Positions 9,344-18,901 of a DNA stretch of 64,000 nt are shown piece after piece (within the stretch, counting starts at the first letter, position 1; every line of letters begins with the position of its first letter). A program made the position numbers and the translations under genes. A model generated the notes under the pieces. That model worked only from the letters and a program-made list of their open reading frames with translations. It was not told where the DNA came from and searched no databases. The DNA is from Aureliella sp. (lineage in GTDB: Bacteria; Planctomycetota; Planctomycetia; Pirellulales; Pirellulaceae): assembly GCA_963691875.1 (NCBI GenBank), contig OY829846.1, positions 544,001 through 608,000 on the forward strand, read 5' to 3'.

Positions 9344-10288
9344 ATGAAATCTGAAACGGACATTCAGGGACTGCGACAAGCTCTGCAAGAGTTACCACAC
9401 TTGTCGAAAGGCCCTTCAGCCAAGCAAGTCAAGAAACTCGGAGAGTTGATTGATAACGATCTGCCTCTGCAGTCGTTTCTTGAAATGTTGCTGCCTGAAG
9501 TAACAGCGCTCTTTGGAGGCATCGCCGCAGTCGCCTGGATGAAAGCTCAGGGAGCTCCTGGTGCTGTGTTTGGTGTGCGTTATCGAATGGATGGCGTCGT
9601 CAGCAGTGTGACTGAGCACAGGAAGCACGATCGGCTCGTCCAGATCGCTTGGCAGCAGAAGCAACCCATGTTGGCAGAACCGACTGCAGCGAATGCCGAA
9701 AACGAGGACGCAGGGAATCCAACCGAACACGCACTCATCTTCGGGCCGGTCCTACACGCGGGCGAAAGTATCGCATTGCTAGAGATAGTGCTCGACAAAT
9801 CGGATCGAGCGTTAACGAAGGCGGAGAAGCACTTGTATTTGCGTGCGGTGCAATTGATTGCAGAGCGAGTCTACGGTGGGCTGCGTCAGCGAATGAGCAT
9901 GCCCGATCCAACGCTACAGCAAGCGATGGGTCAGATGAATCAACTTTCCAATGAAATTAAATCCCTGCAGCAACAGATCGTCCGTACTATCGAATCCCGC
10001 CTTCAGAGCTTTCACGGCTGGTCATTTGGTTCCTTAAGTGAGAATCAGGCCTTTGCCAAGATGGTGCACCAGACTTTGGATAGTCACGGACTACGAGTCG
10101 AATGCCCAGAGTGTGGTCATCCAGCCATTCTCCGATGTCTCCGAGCTGGCAACTCCAAAAAAGGGGCCTTTGTATTCGATCACTATCTTGAATCTGGACG
10201 TACCTTCCATGGCGGCCGTAGCACCGTGCCGCTCTTGAAAGTCGTCCCGAAACCAGCCCGTCGCGTGGCCGTAAGTACCCCCGCTTAA
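9344..10288 (+). CDS. GAF-like domain + coiled coil + Cys/His zinc-ribbon protein
   Basis: The N-terminal half resembles the first GAF region of 6806..8863 (GNPTEHALIFGPV vs GNPSQYLLVVSPL). The C-terminus carries CPECGHPAILRC...FDH...TFH. Confidence 0.75.
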   Translation: MKSETDIQGLRQALQELPHLSKGPSAKQVKKLGELIDNDLPLQSFLEMLLPEVTALFGGIAAVAWMKAQGAPGAVFGVRYRMDGVVSSVTEHRKHDRLVQIAWQQKQPMLAEPTAANAENEDAGNPTEHALIFGPVLHAGESIALLEIVLDKSDRALTKAEKHLYLRAVQLIAERVYGGLRQRMSMPDPTLQQAMGQMNQLSNEIKSLQQQIVRTIESRLQSFHGWSFGSLSENQAFAKMVHQTLDSHGLRVECPECGHPAILRCLRAGNSKKGAFVFDHYLESGRTFHGGRSTVPLLKVVPKPARRVAVSTPA

Positions 10289-10531
10289 CATTCCCACCGA
10301 GGAGTCATTAGCCTTAGATGTTAATGGACTGCCATTTCTATAGTGGGAAGAGACCGGTGCGGGCAGCGTACTACGAGCACCTCCGAAAAGCTGCGGAAAC
10401 CCCTAAAAAACAGGGCTCAAACGCAGTTTTAGGCCCTTTGAGCTGCCCCGAAATAGAGTAAAAAAACAAAGGAAAACACGCTATAAGGGATAGACTACCC
10501 CGCCTTAAAAGGGCAGCGATCGGCCCGCCTT

Positions 10532-10618
10532 CTATCGCACTTCCGCCTCGAACCAGAAGTGCAAGGCAATGGTTGTTACCACCGCACTAAGACCGATCCA
10601 GATGATAGGGTTGCTCAT
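10532..10618 (-). CDS. putative 28-aa single-TM small protein (MSNPIIWIGLSAVVTTIALHFWFEAEVR)
   Basis: Strong GGAGG SD 7 nt upstream. The ATG overlaps the TGA of a 41-aa upstream ORF (10615..10740) in ATGA coupling. Confidence 0.35.
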   Translation of the reverse strand: MSNPIIWIGLSAVVTTIALHFWFEAEVR

Positions 10619-11116
10619 TGCCCGTCCTCCTTCAATGCTGCTAAGCCTTCGGCGACTATGGACTCACGGATGCTATCGCTCAGCTTGCTATCGTTAGGGC
10701 CTCTCGAGATTCCGCGACAACGCGCCCGATACTTCACCATCGCACCAGTAGACTTTCACTAGCTGCTGACTGACTAGCTCAGTGGTTGATCGAATAGTTC
10801 GAAACCCAGATTTCAGTTGGTGTTGAAGCCAAAGTTGCGACTTTGAAATATTCGCTTCCACCAGCCTTCTCTCTAAAGCGATGTCGTTTGTCACACGATG
10901 CAATTGCGTGCTCTGGAAACAGCCGTAGCGAATTGCAACGATGAAAACACGCGACCTGGTGTGATGTCGCCAGTTATGGCGAAGGTGCGCAAAAGAAAGG
11001 AGTTCGTACTTAGCGCAGAATGCGCTTCTTCTACGCTCGCTCTGACAGAATCGATCTGGATTACGGAGATTTGCTAGATCAACATTTCCTGCCCCTAATA
11101 GAGAGAGATTTTTCCG

Positions 11117-11806
11117 ATGATCAAAAGACTTTCAGCTACACTGCTTGCCATTGGATTGGTGGCTGTTGGTGGAATCAACAGTGCACACGGTTCGGTTTTA
11201 TTCAGTGCGACGGCTGCGGTGGTCAACGAAGGTGGTGCAGGTCCGGGTACTGGTTTCGGTAATATTGCTGACACCTTCAACCAAAACGGGTTGCTGGGTA
11301 CACCTTACGTTTCCGATGTTTCGGATTTCGATTCCTACGTTGCATCTACGCAACACACCTACGTATTCGTTGGCAATGAATGGTTCAGTGAAATTGGTCC
11401 CAATCTGCCTGTGATAGTGACTTACGATTTTGGGGCCGTCAGAACATTTGACGCACTTGCACTCTGGAACGAAGACTCGTCGGGGATATTGAATTTGGAT
11501 CTAGAGATCTCCAATGACGGCATTTCCTTTTCATCTCTCGCAGCTGGATTGATGCCTGCGGACAATCCGATTTCCCTCGATTACGGTGCAGAGGTTTTCA
11601 ATAGCTTCGGTACTGCTTCAGCACAATTCGTCCGTTTCATCATGACTGGACCGCAATTTCCACCAGCGTTTGATGGTGTTGGAATCGGCGAAGTTGCGTT
11701 TCGGCACGCAGATCCTCCAACTGGTGTTGTACCAGAGCCTACCAGCTTTGCTACTTGGGGCTTGCTAGTTGGCGCAGTCGCAGCTGTGCGTCGTCGCCGC
11801 AAGTAA
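11117..11806 (+). CDS. PEP-CTERM sorting-domain protein with discoidin/F5-8-like domain
   Basis: Signal peptide, YDFGAVRTFDALALWN...SNDG...AQFVRF discoidin-like pattern, and C-terminal VPEPTS-TM-RRRRK. Confidence 0.85.
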   Translation: MIKRLSATLLAIGLVAVGGINSAHGSVLFSATAAVVNEGGAGPGTGFGNIADTFNQNGLLGTPYVSDVSDFDSYVASTQHTYVFVGNEWFSEIGPNLPVIVTYDFGAVRTFDALALWNEDSSGILNLDLEISNDGISFSSLAAGLMPADNPISLDYGAEVFNSFGTASAQFVRFIMTGPQFPPAFDGVGIGEVAFRHADPPTGVVPEPTSFATWGLLVGAVAAVRRRRK

Positions 11807-12258
11807 ACTCAACTTGTATCCTTAAAATTGAATCGAATCGCCGCTTTTCGCACATCACAAGAACGCCGTACTCGATTGGATCTCCAGCTCGGCAATTACT
11901 CGGTTTGCCGTCCAGCTACTAAATAGAGCCTTCGTGCAGCATAGCAGCGCCACGTTGTGCTGCAGTCAGGCCAGAGAGGAACCCTAAAAAACCCCGAACT
12001 GTGTTTAAAACCTAGTATCTGCCTCTCCGGTGGTTGCCGCGGGAAAAGAAGAAAGCCGCGGCGGGAAAGGGTCTTAAACAGCGACCGCAAGACCCTAGCT
12101 GTGGATCTAAGGCACTGCGTTCGCTGTCCCGCGGTTTTTGCAACCTAGGCTAGGTGTTAAACAAGAAGCAACAACCACCTAGCGTTAAGCTACCAGCTAG
12201 CGCGGGCCAACTTGCGGGATCAAGGGCCTTTCGCGGCCCCCCAGCCCGCCATGTATTA

Positions 12259-12815
12259 CTACGAAGTGATTCCAGCCAAGCGATGGAATGCCGAAGGATC
12301 GACTACGGCCGAGTCACCTCTCCACACGACCTTGAAGAACAAAGAATCTTCTTGGAATCCAACGTCTTGGCTGACTTCGATTCTCGCTTGTTCTCTCACA
12401 CCGAAGATAGTTTTCGAAAAATCGCCAACCACGGCTTGTGATAGTGGGCAATTGTTCGTCGCGTAGTACGAAAGGTCAGCCACCGAACTTGGGGCGGGCA
12501 CCCAACCCTTCATCGAGTTTGTGCCATCGCCAGCAGGAAGCACTTGCAAGTCTTCGTACGCTTGCACGCCGAGAATCATGCTGTTCGGTTCGTGGTTAGC
12601 CAAGCGAACTTGAGCCGCTGCTGCTGCAACGTCTTCCCACGCGATAGCACCGATAGTGCCAGTCTCAGAGACTCCGCTATCGTTCAAAATTCCGAGCGGC
12701 TCACCAGATCCCGTACCTTGGATAGCGTAGGAGTCTACTTGCTGAGCCAATGCAGATGCAGCGAAAGTCTTGAACCATCTGGCTAAAGTTGGGCGTGTCG
12801 AAGGTCAACTCTCTT
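12259..12815 (-). pseudogene. HK97-fold phage major capsid protein, C-terminal remnant with a frameshift
   Basis: GTGSGEPLGILN, AVVGDFS and F.ED...FKVVWRGD.AV..P.AF motifs. The upstream RELTFDTPNFSQMVQDF lies in another frame (shift near 12765), and no N-terminal half is visible. Confidence 0.75.
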
Positions 12816-13111
12816 AAGTTGTCGTCCGCCGCACAAGACAGTGCAGCGACAGCTGAACCGCGTATCCAGAGGGAGATGCTGGTAATGCCGAACCCAGGCT
12901 GCGGACAGGAACCGCGAACTGGCAGGTTCCTAGTCGCCAAGACACGCCGTCCGTCGCCAGACTACGTGGTGACCTTGCGGCTTTTTATGCGGTGCCCGGA
13001 TCGAGCTAGTTGCATTATTGGTGGCGTAGCGGCTGAAGCCCCGGCCGGTGACGGTCACACGCAAAGCGGAGCTTGCCTGAGCATCCGTGAGCTGAGGGTG
13101 GCTAAAAATCG

Positions 13112-15250
13112 CTAGCGGCCGATTCCGGCGATCCATATCAGAAGGCCGAGTACGACAAAGCAGGCTAGGACGGAGATTGTGAAACCGATGATGTCTTTGG
13201 TCGTGGGTTTGACGAACTCCAGATCACTGTTCGGGAACAGCTTGCGGTCCTTGGCGTAGTCCGTCGAGGAATATGCAGCTTCGAGATTCGCAGAGTCCCG
13301 CGCTGGATCGGCGTCAACTTCGGTATTCATCTTAGCGTAATAGTGATGCAAACTCTTCTCGGTATTGCGAGGCGTGAACAGTGAGCAGAGTACGAGGATG
13401 ACGAAGGGCAGTAGGACACGCGGTGGAAGCCTTAGTGTTTCCAGCGTTGCTTTGGACGCTCCACTTAAGTCGATTCCAATCAGGCTGTAGAGCAGGAAGT
13501 CGACTTTGAACGTGCCTTGACCAATGAATTCTCCAGACCTCTTTTGAACGACGGTTCGAACGGAGTTTTTCGTCTCATCGGAAAGCGTTTCAAGTTTTGT
13601 TTCGCCCCCGGCTTTCAATGAACTCCAAAATAAGGCTTTACCACCGCTTCGGATCTGAAGTGAGATGGGCTCGCCGACGGGAGCGGTCGGTGGTTCCGTC
13701 CCAAGTTTCTTCAGTAGCTTCTCGTTACCCTCAGCGAGAGCCTGCTGATGCACTTTCAGCCAGGCTTCGTGGCGGGCGACGTCCGCAGCGGTGGCTGGGC
13801 GCGTAAAGGTCTTGGTGACGCGGTTTGATTCGACTGCAAAGCTCTGGTTTTCTTTGAGACCCGGTAAAGCTGGTAGGACGAGCGGCAGCAAAAAGAAGAA
13901 CATCAGTGAGAACGTGATCGTGATCCAAACTGCGGTTCGATTCGCTCTACGCCAATACATTCCGATCCAAAACGGTGCGGCGAATAAGATCGGTAACTCG
14001 ATCGCAAGTTTAAATTGCTCGAAGACATTGGCCCAAAGCAACGATATCGTGCTGGCGCCGATGATGATCGATAAGCCGGTAAGGCGTCCCACGGTCAAGT
14101 AGGTCTTCTCATCCGCCTTGTCGTCGATGTAGGCGGCGTAGATATTCCGCGTGACTAAAGCGCTTGTGACGATCATATAAGCGTCAGCGGAGCTCATCAT
14201 TGCAGCCAGCAAACAAGCTAGCATCAATCCGACTAAGCCGAGGTTTAGCGGCCCAAGGATCTCTTTCGCTGCGACGCCCCAAACGCGATCGGGATCTTTC
14301 AGAATGTCGACGCTGTCGGCAAAAAGTGCCAAAGCAATCAGAGCGGTGATTGCCCATCCGACCGTACATAAACGTTTTAGGAAGTTTCCAACGACCAAAC
14401 CAATGCGTGCTTCATCCTCAGCCTTGGCCGATCCGCCCCCAGTTGCAATGAAGTGCGGCTGAACGACTATCGTAACGATACCCAAGATGCTAAGCGACAC
14501 GATATACAGAGGCGGAAACTCACCTGCACTGGGACCGCCGAATAGATTGAAGTAATCATCCGAAACACGCTCGTGCAATATGTTGAAGCCAGCCCACATA
14601 CTTTGAGTTGCTGGATCTCCAAACTGCTCTACTAAGGCACTGAGCCCGAAAGGAATGAGCAGCACCGAAAGCAGGATGATGAAGACGCCTTGAATCAAGT
14701 CTGTGTAGTAGGCGGCGGTGAGACCTCCAAGTACGCCGTAGACGATGACGATCGTTGCCAATCCTGGCACCAAAACGAACTTGAGATCCATCCCCCAAAT
14801 TTCTTCCATGCCGAGCATTGGTACCGCGATCTTGGCGATCGCGGTGAACATGGTCGAGAGGTAAAAGATGTAGAAGGTGAAAGCGAAGACCGTGTAGGCG
14901 ACCCCCATGGCCTTCGACTCGTACCTTTCCACGAACCAATCGCCCAGTGTTAGGTGACGCATCCGCCGATACCATACCGCGGTCACCCAATAGACAGGGG
15001 TGACGAAGAGCCACATCAAAGCGGACCAAACGCCGCTCAAGCCGCTGGTCCACGCGGTTCGTCCGACGGTGCCAGGCTCGTGGGCACCTGTTCCCGCGCC
15101 GAACGCGGCAAAGGTCTGCAAGAGCTTGCCGAAACCGCGGCCTCCCATAAAGTACTCTTCTTGCTTGTTTACTCGCCGCATCGCCCAGATGCCTATGCTG
15201 ACCATGACGGTGAAGTAGCCGAAGAGAACGATGTAGTCGATAGTTTGCAT
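13112..15250 (-). CDS. sodium:solute symporter (SSS) family protein
   Basis: IDYIVLFGYF, EEYFMGGRGFG, GGLTAAYYTDLIQG and GLMLACLLAAMMSSAD motifs, with many TM helices. Confidence 0.9.
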   Translation of the reverse strand: MQTIDYIVLFGYFTVMVSIGIWAMRRVNKQEEYFMGGRGFGKLLQTFAAFGAGTGAHEPGTVGRTAWTSGLSGVWSALMWLFVTPVYWVTAVWYRRMRHLTLGDWFVERYESKAMGVAYTVFAFTFYIFYLSTMFTAIAKIAVPMLGMEEIWGMDLKFVLVPGLATIVIVYGVLGGLTAAYYTDLIQGVFIILLSVLLIPFGLSALVEQFGDPATQSMWAGFNILHERVSDDYFNLFGGPSAGEFPPLYIVSLSILGIVTIVVQPHFIATGGGSAKAEDEARIGLVVGNFLKRLCTVGWAITALIALALFADSVDILKDPDRVWGVAAKEILGPLNLGLVGLMLACLLAAMMSSADAYMIVTSALVTRNIYAAYIDDKADEKTYLTVGRLTGLSIIIGASTISLLWANVFEQFKLAIELPILFAAPFWIGMYWRRANRTAVWITITFSLMFFFLLPLVLPALPGLKENQSFAVESNRVTKTFTRPATAADVARHEAWLKVHQQALAEGNEKLLKKLGTEPPTAPVGEPISLQIRSGGKALFWSSLKAGGETKLETLSDETKNSVRTVVQKRSGEFIGQGTFKVDFLLYSLIGIDLSGASKATLETLRLPPRVLLPFVILVLCSLFTPRNTEKSLHHYYAKMNTEVDADPARDSANLEAAYSSTDYAKDRKLFPNSDLEFVKPTTKDIIGFTISVLACFVVLGLLIWIAGIGR

Positions 15251-15486
15251 GGCAAGCGGGGTGGCAGGAAGTGTTGGAGGGGCGAGTCACAGGGCAGCAG
15301 AGATTGTAGCAATAATTGCACAGCGAAAATGCGAGTTTCATGAAGTGGCTCCGCCAGCGATTGGTATGCTTTGCCTCGACTGTCGCAGGTAGGGAACGAG
15401 CCAGTTTTCGGCAACCACAGACTGTTTCTGTTAGACTTGGCGTAGCTTCCCTCGTCTGCTTTCCCACTCTGATAGCGAGCAGTCCT

Positions 15487-16077
15487 ATGAGCGAATTACC
15501 GAAATGGGCCAGCGTGGCTCTTCTCACACGATGCGCGAAGTTGCTCGAACCGTACTTGGTGCAAACTTGGCGCACACCTCCGGAAGGAGCTTTTGATCTG
15601 ATTGCAGAGACGCTTCGCATTTGCGCCGATGCTGCCACTGCCGGAAAAGATCCAGACAGCATGAATGAGTTCGAGCTTTCCACGATTCTCAGCAACTTTG
15701 AAGCGGTCGCTGAAGCAGAGGCATCTGGCGAAACGGGCAAGGCAAATATCGCTGAGTTTGCGAAACATATTCCCGAGGATGCGAAGGATGCCAAAGTTGT
15801 TCACTACATTTTGGAAGTGATAGCGCATTGCCAAAAAACAGCCCGAGCGAAGGTTCCCAAGCAAAGCTACAAGCAAATGGTAAAAGGTTTAACCTGGGCA
15901 TTCTCTGCCATTGCGGCACTGGAACTGCCTGAACTTGGAAAGCAGATCAACGCGGAACGGTCGCGACTGGAGTCCAAGTGTGAAGAGTTCCCAAAGGATG
16001 TGTCGACAAGAGTGGATTGGACCAAAGGCGACTGGCACGTTTCGCTACCGCGGCCTTGGTGGAAGTTTTGGGCTTAA
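15487..16077 (+). CDS. hypothetical alpha-helical protein ending in RPWWKFW
   Basis: Coding-like ORF with probable start MSELPKWA and a C-terminal PWWKFW motif. Confidence 0.6.
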   Translation: MSELPKWASVALLTRCAKLLEPYLVQTWRTPPEGAFDLIAETLRICADAATAGKDPDSMNEFELSTILSNFEAVAEAEASGETGKANIAEFAKHIPEDAKDAKVVHYILEVIAHCQKTARAKVPKQSYKQMVKGLTWAFSAIAALELPELGKQINAERSRLESKCEEFPKDVSTRVDWTKGDWHVSLPRPWWKFWA

Positions 16078-16249
16078 TCGCGGACTCAGTCTGATAGATT
16101 CAACCGCTTAATCTCCTTTGATTCCAAGATCGCTGATGTGCATTCGAAGAAGGAGCTATCACGGAGTCTATCCACGATTAAGAATGTCGTCGGATCTAAT
16201 CTCATCATACTCTGGTGAAAAATACCGAAACAATGTGTGCGACAAGGCG

Positions 16250-16797
16250 GTGACAAGTAATCAACTTAGCCTAGACGAGCAGCTAATTGAAATTCGCAGG
16301 AATAAATTCCTGGCGATGCCAATCGCAGGTGCAGTTGCCTGGACCGGAATCGCAATTTCGTTGATCTTTGAGTCTACGATTGCTAAATGCATGAGTGTGT
16401 TCGTAGGAACGAGCGCGATCTACTACCTCGGGGGATTCGTTTCCAAACTCACAGGAGAGAACTTACTGGGAAAGAAGGACGCTAAGAACCTCTTTAATAC
16501 GATCTTCTTGTATGCTGTTGCACAAGCCCCCGGTGTATACGCAATCGCCATTCCATTCTTCATGCTGGAGGCGGAATCACTAACGCTGAGCGTCGTAATC
16601 CTAACCGGGCTCATGTGCTACCTTTTTCTGCGCTGGTCGGTCATTGGGTGGGTATCTTTCATGCGTTAACACGCAGCATTCTCCTTCTGTCGGTTTGTTA
16701 CGCCTTTCCCGAGTTCCGGTTTACAGGATCGGCGATCGCGATTGTCGGGGTCTAGTTGATCACGCTCAGGATCTTGCTTCAGCGAAGGATGCCTTGA
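16250..16797 (+). pseudogene. small multi-TM membrane protein (DUF7010-like), frameshifted
   Basis: LAMPIAG...GENLLG...ILTGLM, then a frameshift near 16617 continues LPFSALVGHWVGIFHALTRSILL, with a further in-frame TAG at 16753. Confidence 0.65.
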
Positions 16798-16955
16798 GCA
16801 GATTCCGTGGGCCAATTCAAAATCGGACAAAACTGAAAGCAGAAGACGCCAGCGGGAAGCTCCAGACAGCCGATCTTCTTTCCCAAGCACTCTAGGTGTG
16901 GAGGGCCAATGTGGGCTAAAATTGTGTGAGTCCATCTGCTCAGGGTTAGGATTCT

Positions 16956-18899
16956 TTGGCTAACGGAAAGCTTAACGCGATCATTCGATTTCTTCGTACG
17001 GCGGTACGTAGGTTCGTTGGTGGTTGGAGCTTGGAAAGAAAAAGTCTTCTTTTTCTTGGGTTTGCATTACTTCTGCCAATCGGACTCTCGTTCTGGTTCG
17101 TGCTACAGTTTTTGGCCGACCGTCTGGTAATGCAAACAACTCGTCAAAAAGCCCGAGACTACGCGCGAGACGCAGTGGCTTGGCACCATGTGGAAAAATT
17201 AGGATCAGAATTTGTTTTCCCCGGTGACGGCACGGCGACTCTTTTTAGCTCGGATGTCTACGAGATCCTGCGCGAGAAGTTTGTCGAGAACAATTCGTAT
17301 TCTGCAGCCGAATATATGATGTTGCTTGAGGAAGAGCAGTACAGCAACTTCAATATCTCATTTACGCCAGATCGTGATCGTGAGCTCACCATCCTTCGGA
17401 AGCTCGAAGAATTGTTTCGAGAGCAATTAAAGAAGCTCAAGGACGCTGAAACTCGAGTGCTGCTGGACTATCAACGAAGAAAAGGTGAGGAGGAAATCGC
17501 GCTGGCATTAACGGAAGACGAACGCGAAGAACTATTTGCGGCAGACGCGGACATGGTCAACATTCGACGTTCGCTAGATCTGCTGTATCGGGAAGAAGGC
17601 CCTTACCTGCCGCAGGGAAAGGAACTCGATCGACTAATCGCCAGCGGAATTGCGAAGACAGTGCCTGAAGACGGATGGTACGTCTATTATCACGCCATCA
17701 ATTTCACTCATCCTCTGTGCTTAGAATGCCACCCGAAGTACAAGAATACCACCAAACCGAATATACCAACGGTGCCATTCCGTGCCGTGCGCGTGATGAT
17801 TCCTTACGCTGAGACCCAAGTTGCCTCGACGCCCGCTTTGGCTGTGATGATTGCAATCGCGATGGTGACGATTGCTATGACGCTTTTTGTTGTGCATTGG
17901 GTGTTTCGGCGGCTCGTGCTTGAGCCGATGAGGCACTTGCAAAGTGTGAGCGACGCGATAAGCCGTGGCAATACCGACCTTAGAGCTAATCTTGATACCG
18001 GTGACGAGTTTAGTGAATTGAGCGAGGCGTTCAATCGAATGCTCCGTAAAGTAACGGATGACCAAGAGTCGCTCCAGTCATTGAATCAAGAGTTGGACGT
18101 GAAAGTCGACGAGCTCGCCCAGGCAAACTTGAGTTTGTTCGAGGCAAATCGCTTGAAGAGTGACTTCCTTGCCAATATGAGTCACGAATTGCGTACGCCG
18201 CTTAACAGCATTATCGGCTTCAGTGATGTGCTTCACGATATTGATGCCTTGACAGATAAGCAGCGACGGTATGCCAATAATATTCAGTCTAGCGGTAAAG
18301 TCTTGCTGGACATGATCAATGAGATTTTGGATCTCGCGAAGATTGAAGCAGGCAAGATGCAGGTTGCTGCCTGCAGCTTTGATTTAAAAGATCTCGTTTC
18401 CTCTCAGTGTGATGTGATGCGTCCTTTGGTGGATGAGAAGAATGTGGATCTGCAAACGCACTTCGAAGGAGATAACTTCGAGCTCTTTCAGGACCGCCCG
18501 AAACTTCAGCAAATTTTGACGAACCTTCTCTCCAATGCCATCAAGTTTACACCTGACGGAGGCATGATCCATGTGCGTGCACGACTTCACGACGAGGGCT
18601 TGTCCATGCCGATGTTTGAGATCGAAGTAGCTGACACCGGGGTCGGGATTCCCGAATCAGACTTTGAAATCATTTTTCAGAAATTCAGGCAGAGCAATGC
18701 AGTGCTCGAGAACGACGGACTCACGAGGCAATACGCTGGAACCGGACTCGGGCTTTCGATAGTCCGAGAGTTGTGCAAGTTGCTTGGTGGTGAAATCCAC
18801 TTGCGGAGCCAACTCGGAACAGGAAGTACCTTCACGGTTAAGATGGCAGCTTTTCTTGATGCGGGCGAGCTACCAGCAAGTGAGAAGGGTGTGCTTTAG
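16956..18899 (+). CDS. membrane sensor histidine kinase (periplasmic CxxCH domain, HAMP, HisKA, HATPase)
   Basis: Two TM helices, CLECH between them, DEFSELSEAFNRM (HAMP), FLANMSHELRTPLN (H-box), NLLSNAIKFT, DTGVGI and GTGLGL. Confidence 0.92.
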   Translation: MANGKLNAIIRFLRTAVRRFVGGWSLERKSLLFLGFALLLPIGLSFWFVLQFLADRLVMQTTRQKARDYARDAVAWHHVEKLGSEFVFPGDGTATLFSSDVYEILREKFVENNSYSAAEYMMLLEEEQYSNFNISFTPDRDRELTILRKLEELFREQLKKLKDAETRVLLDYQRRKGEEEIALALTEDEREELFAADADMVNIRRSLDLLYREEGPYLPQGKELDRLIASGIAKTVPEDGWYVYYHAINFTHPLCLECHPKYKNTTKPNIPTVPFRAVRVMIPYAETQVASTPALAVMIAIAMVTIAMTLFVVHWVFRRLVLEPMRHLQSVSDAISRGNTDLRANLDTGDEFSELSEAFNRMLRKVTDDQESLQSLNQELDVKVDELAQANLSLFEANRLKSDFLANMSHELRTPLNSIIGFSDVLHDIDALTDKQRRYANNIQSSGKVLLDMINEILDLAKIEAGKMQVAACSFDLKDLVSSQCDVMRPLVDEKNVDLQTHFEGDNFELFQDRPKLQQILTNLLSNAIKFTPDGGMIHVRARLHDEGLSMPMFEIEVADTGVGIPESDFEIIFQKFRQSNAVLENDGLTRQYAGTGLGLSIVRELCKLLGGEIHLRSQLGTGSTFTVKMAAFLDAGELPASEKGVL

Positions 18900-18901
18900 T
18901 T

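Noticed and set aside
9156..9347. 63-aa ORF overlapping the start of the 9344 gene
   Set aside because: No recognisable features. More likely 5' untranslated sequence, although a leader peptide cannot be excluded.
10330..10530. Possible tRNA or att site at the island edge
   Set aside because: No cloverleaf or T-loop consensus, and no direct repeat matching the other island end was found by eye.
12259..12750. Capsid ORF considered as an encapsulin or intact domesticated capsid
   Set aside because: It covers only the C-terminal part, is frameshifted from its upstream continuation, and has no cargo enzyme adjacent.
14556..15794. 412-aa minus-strand ORF
   Set aside because: It overlaps the SSS transporter in another frame and the + strand gene at 15487. 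Its Arg/His-rich composition marks it as a shadow ORF.
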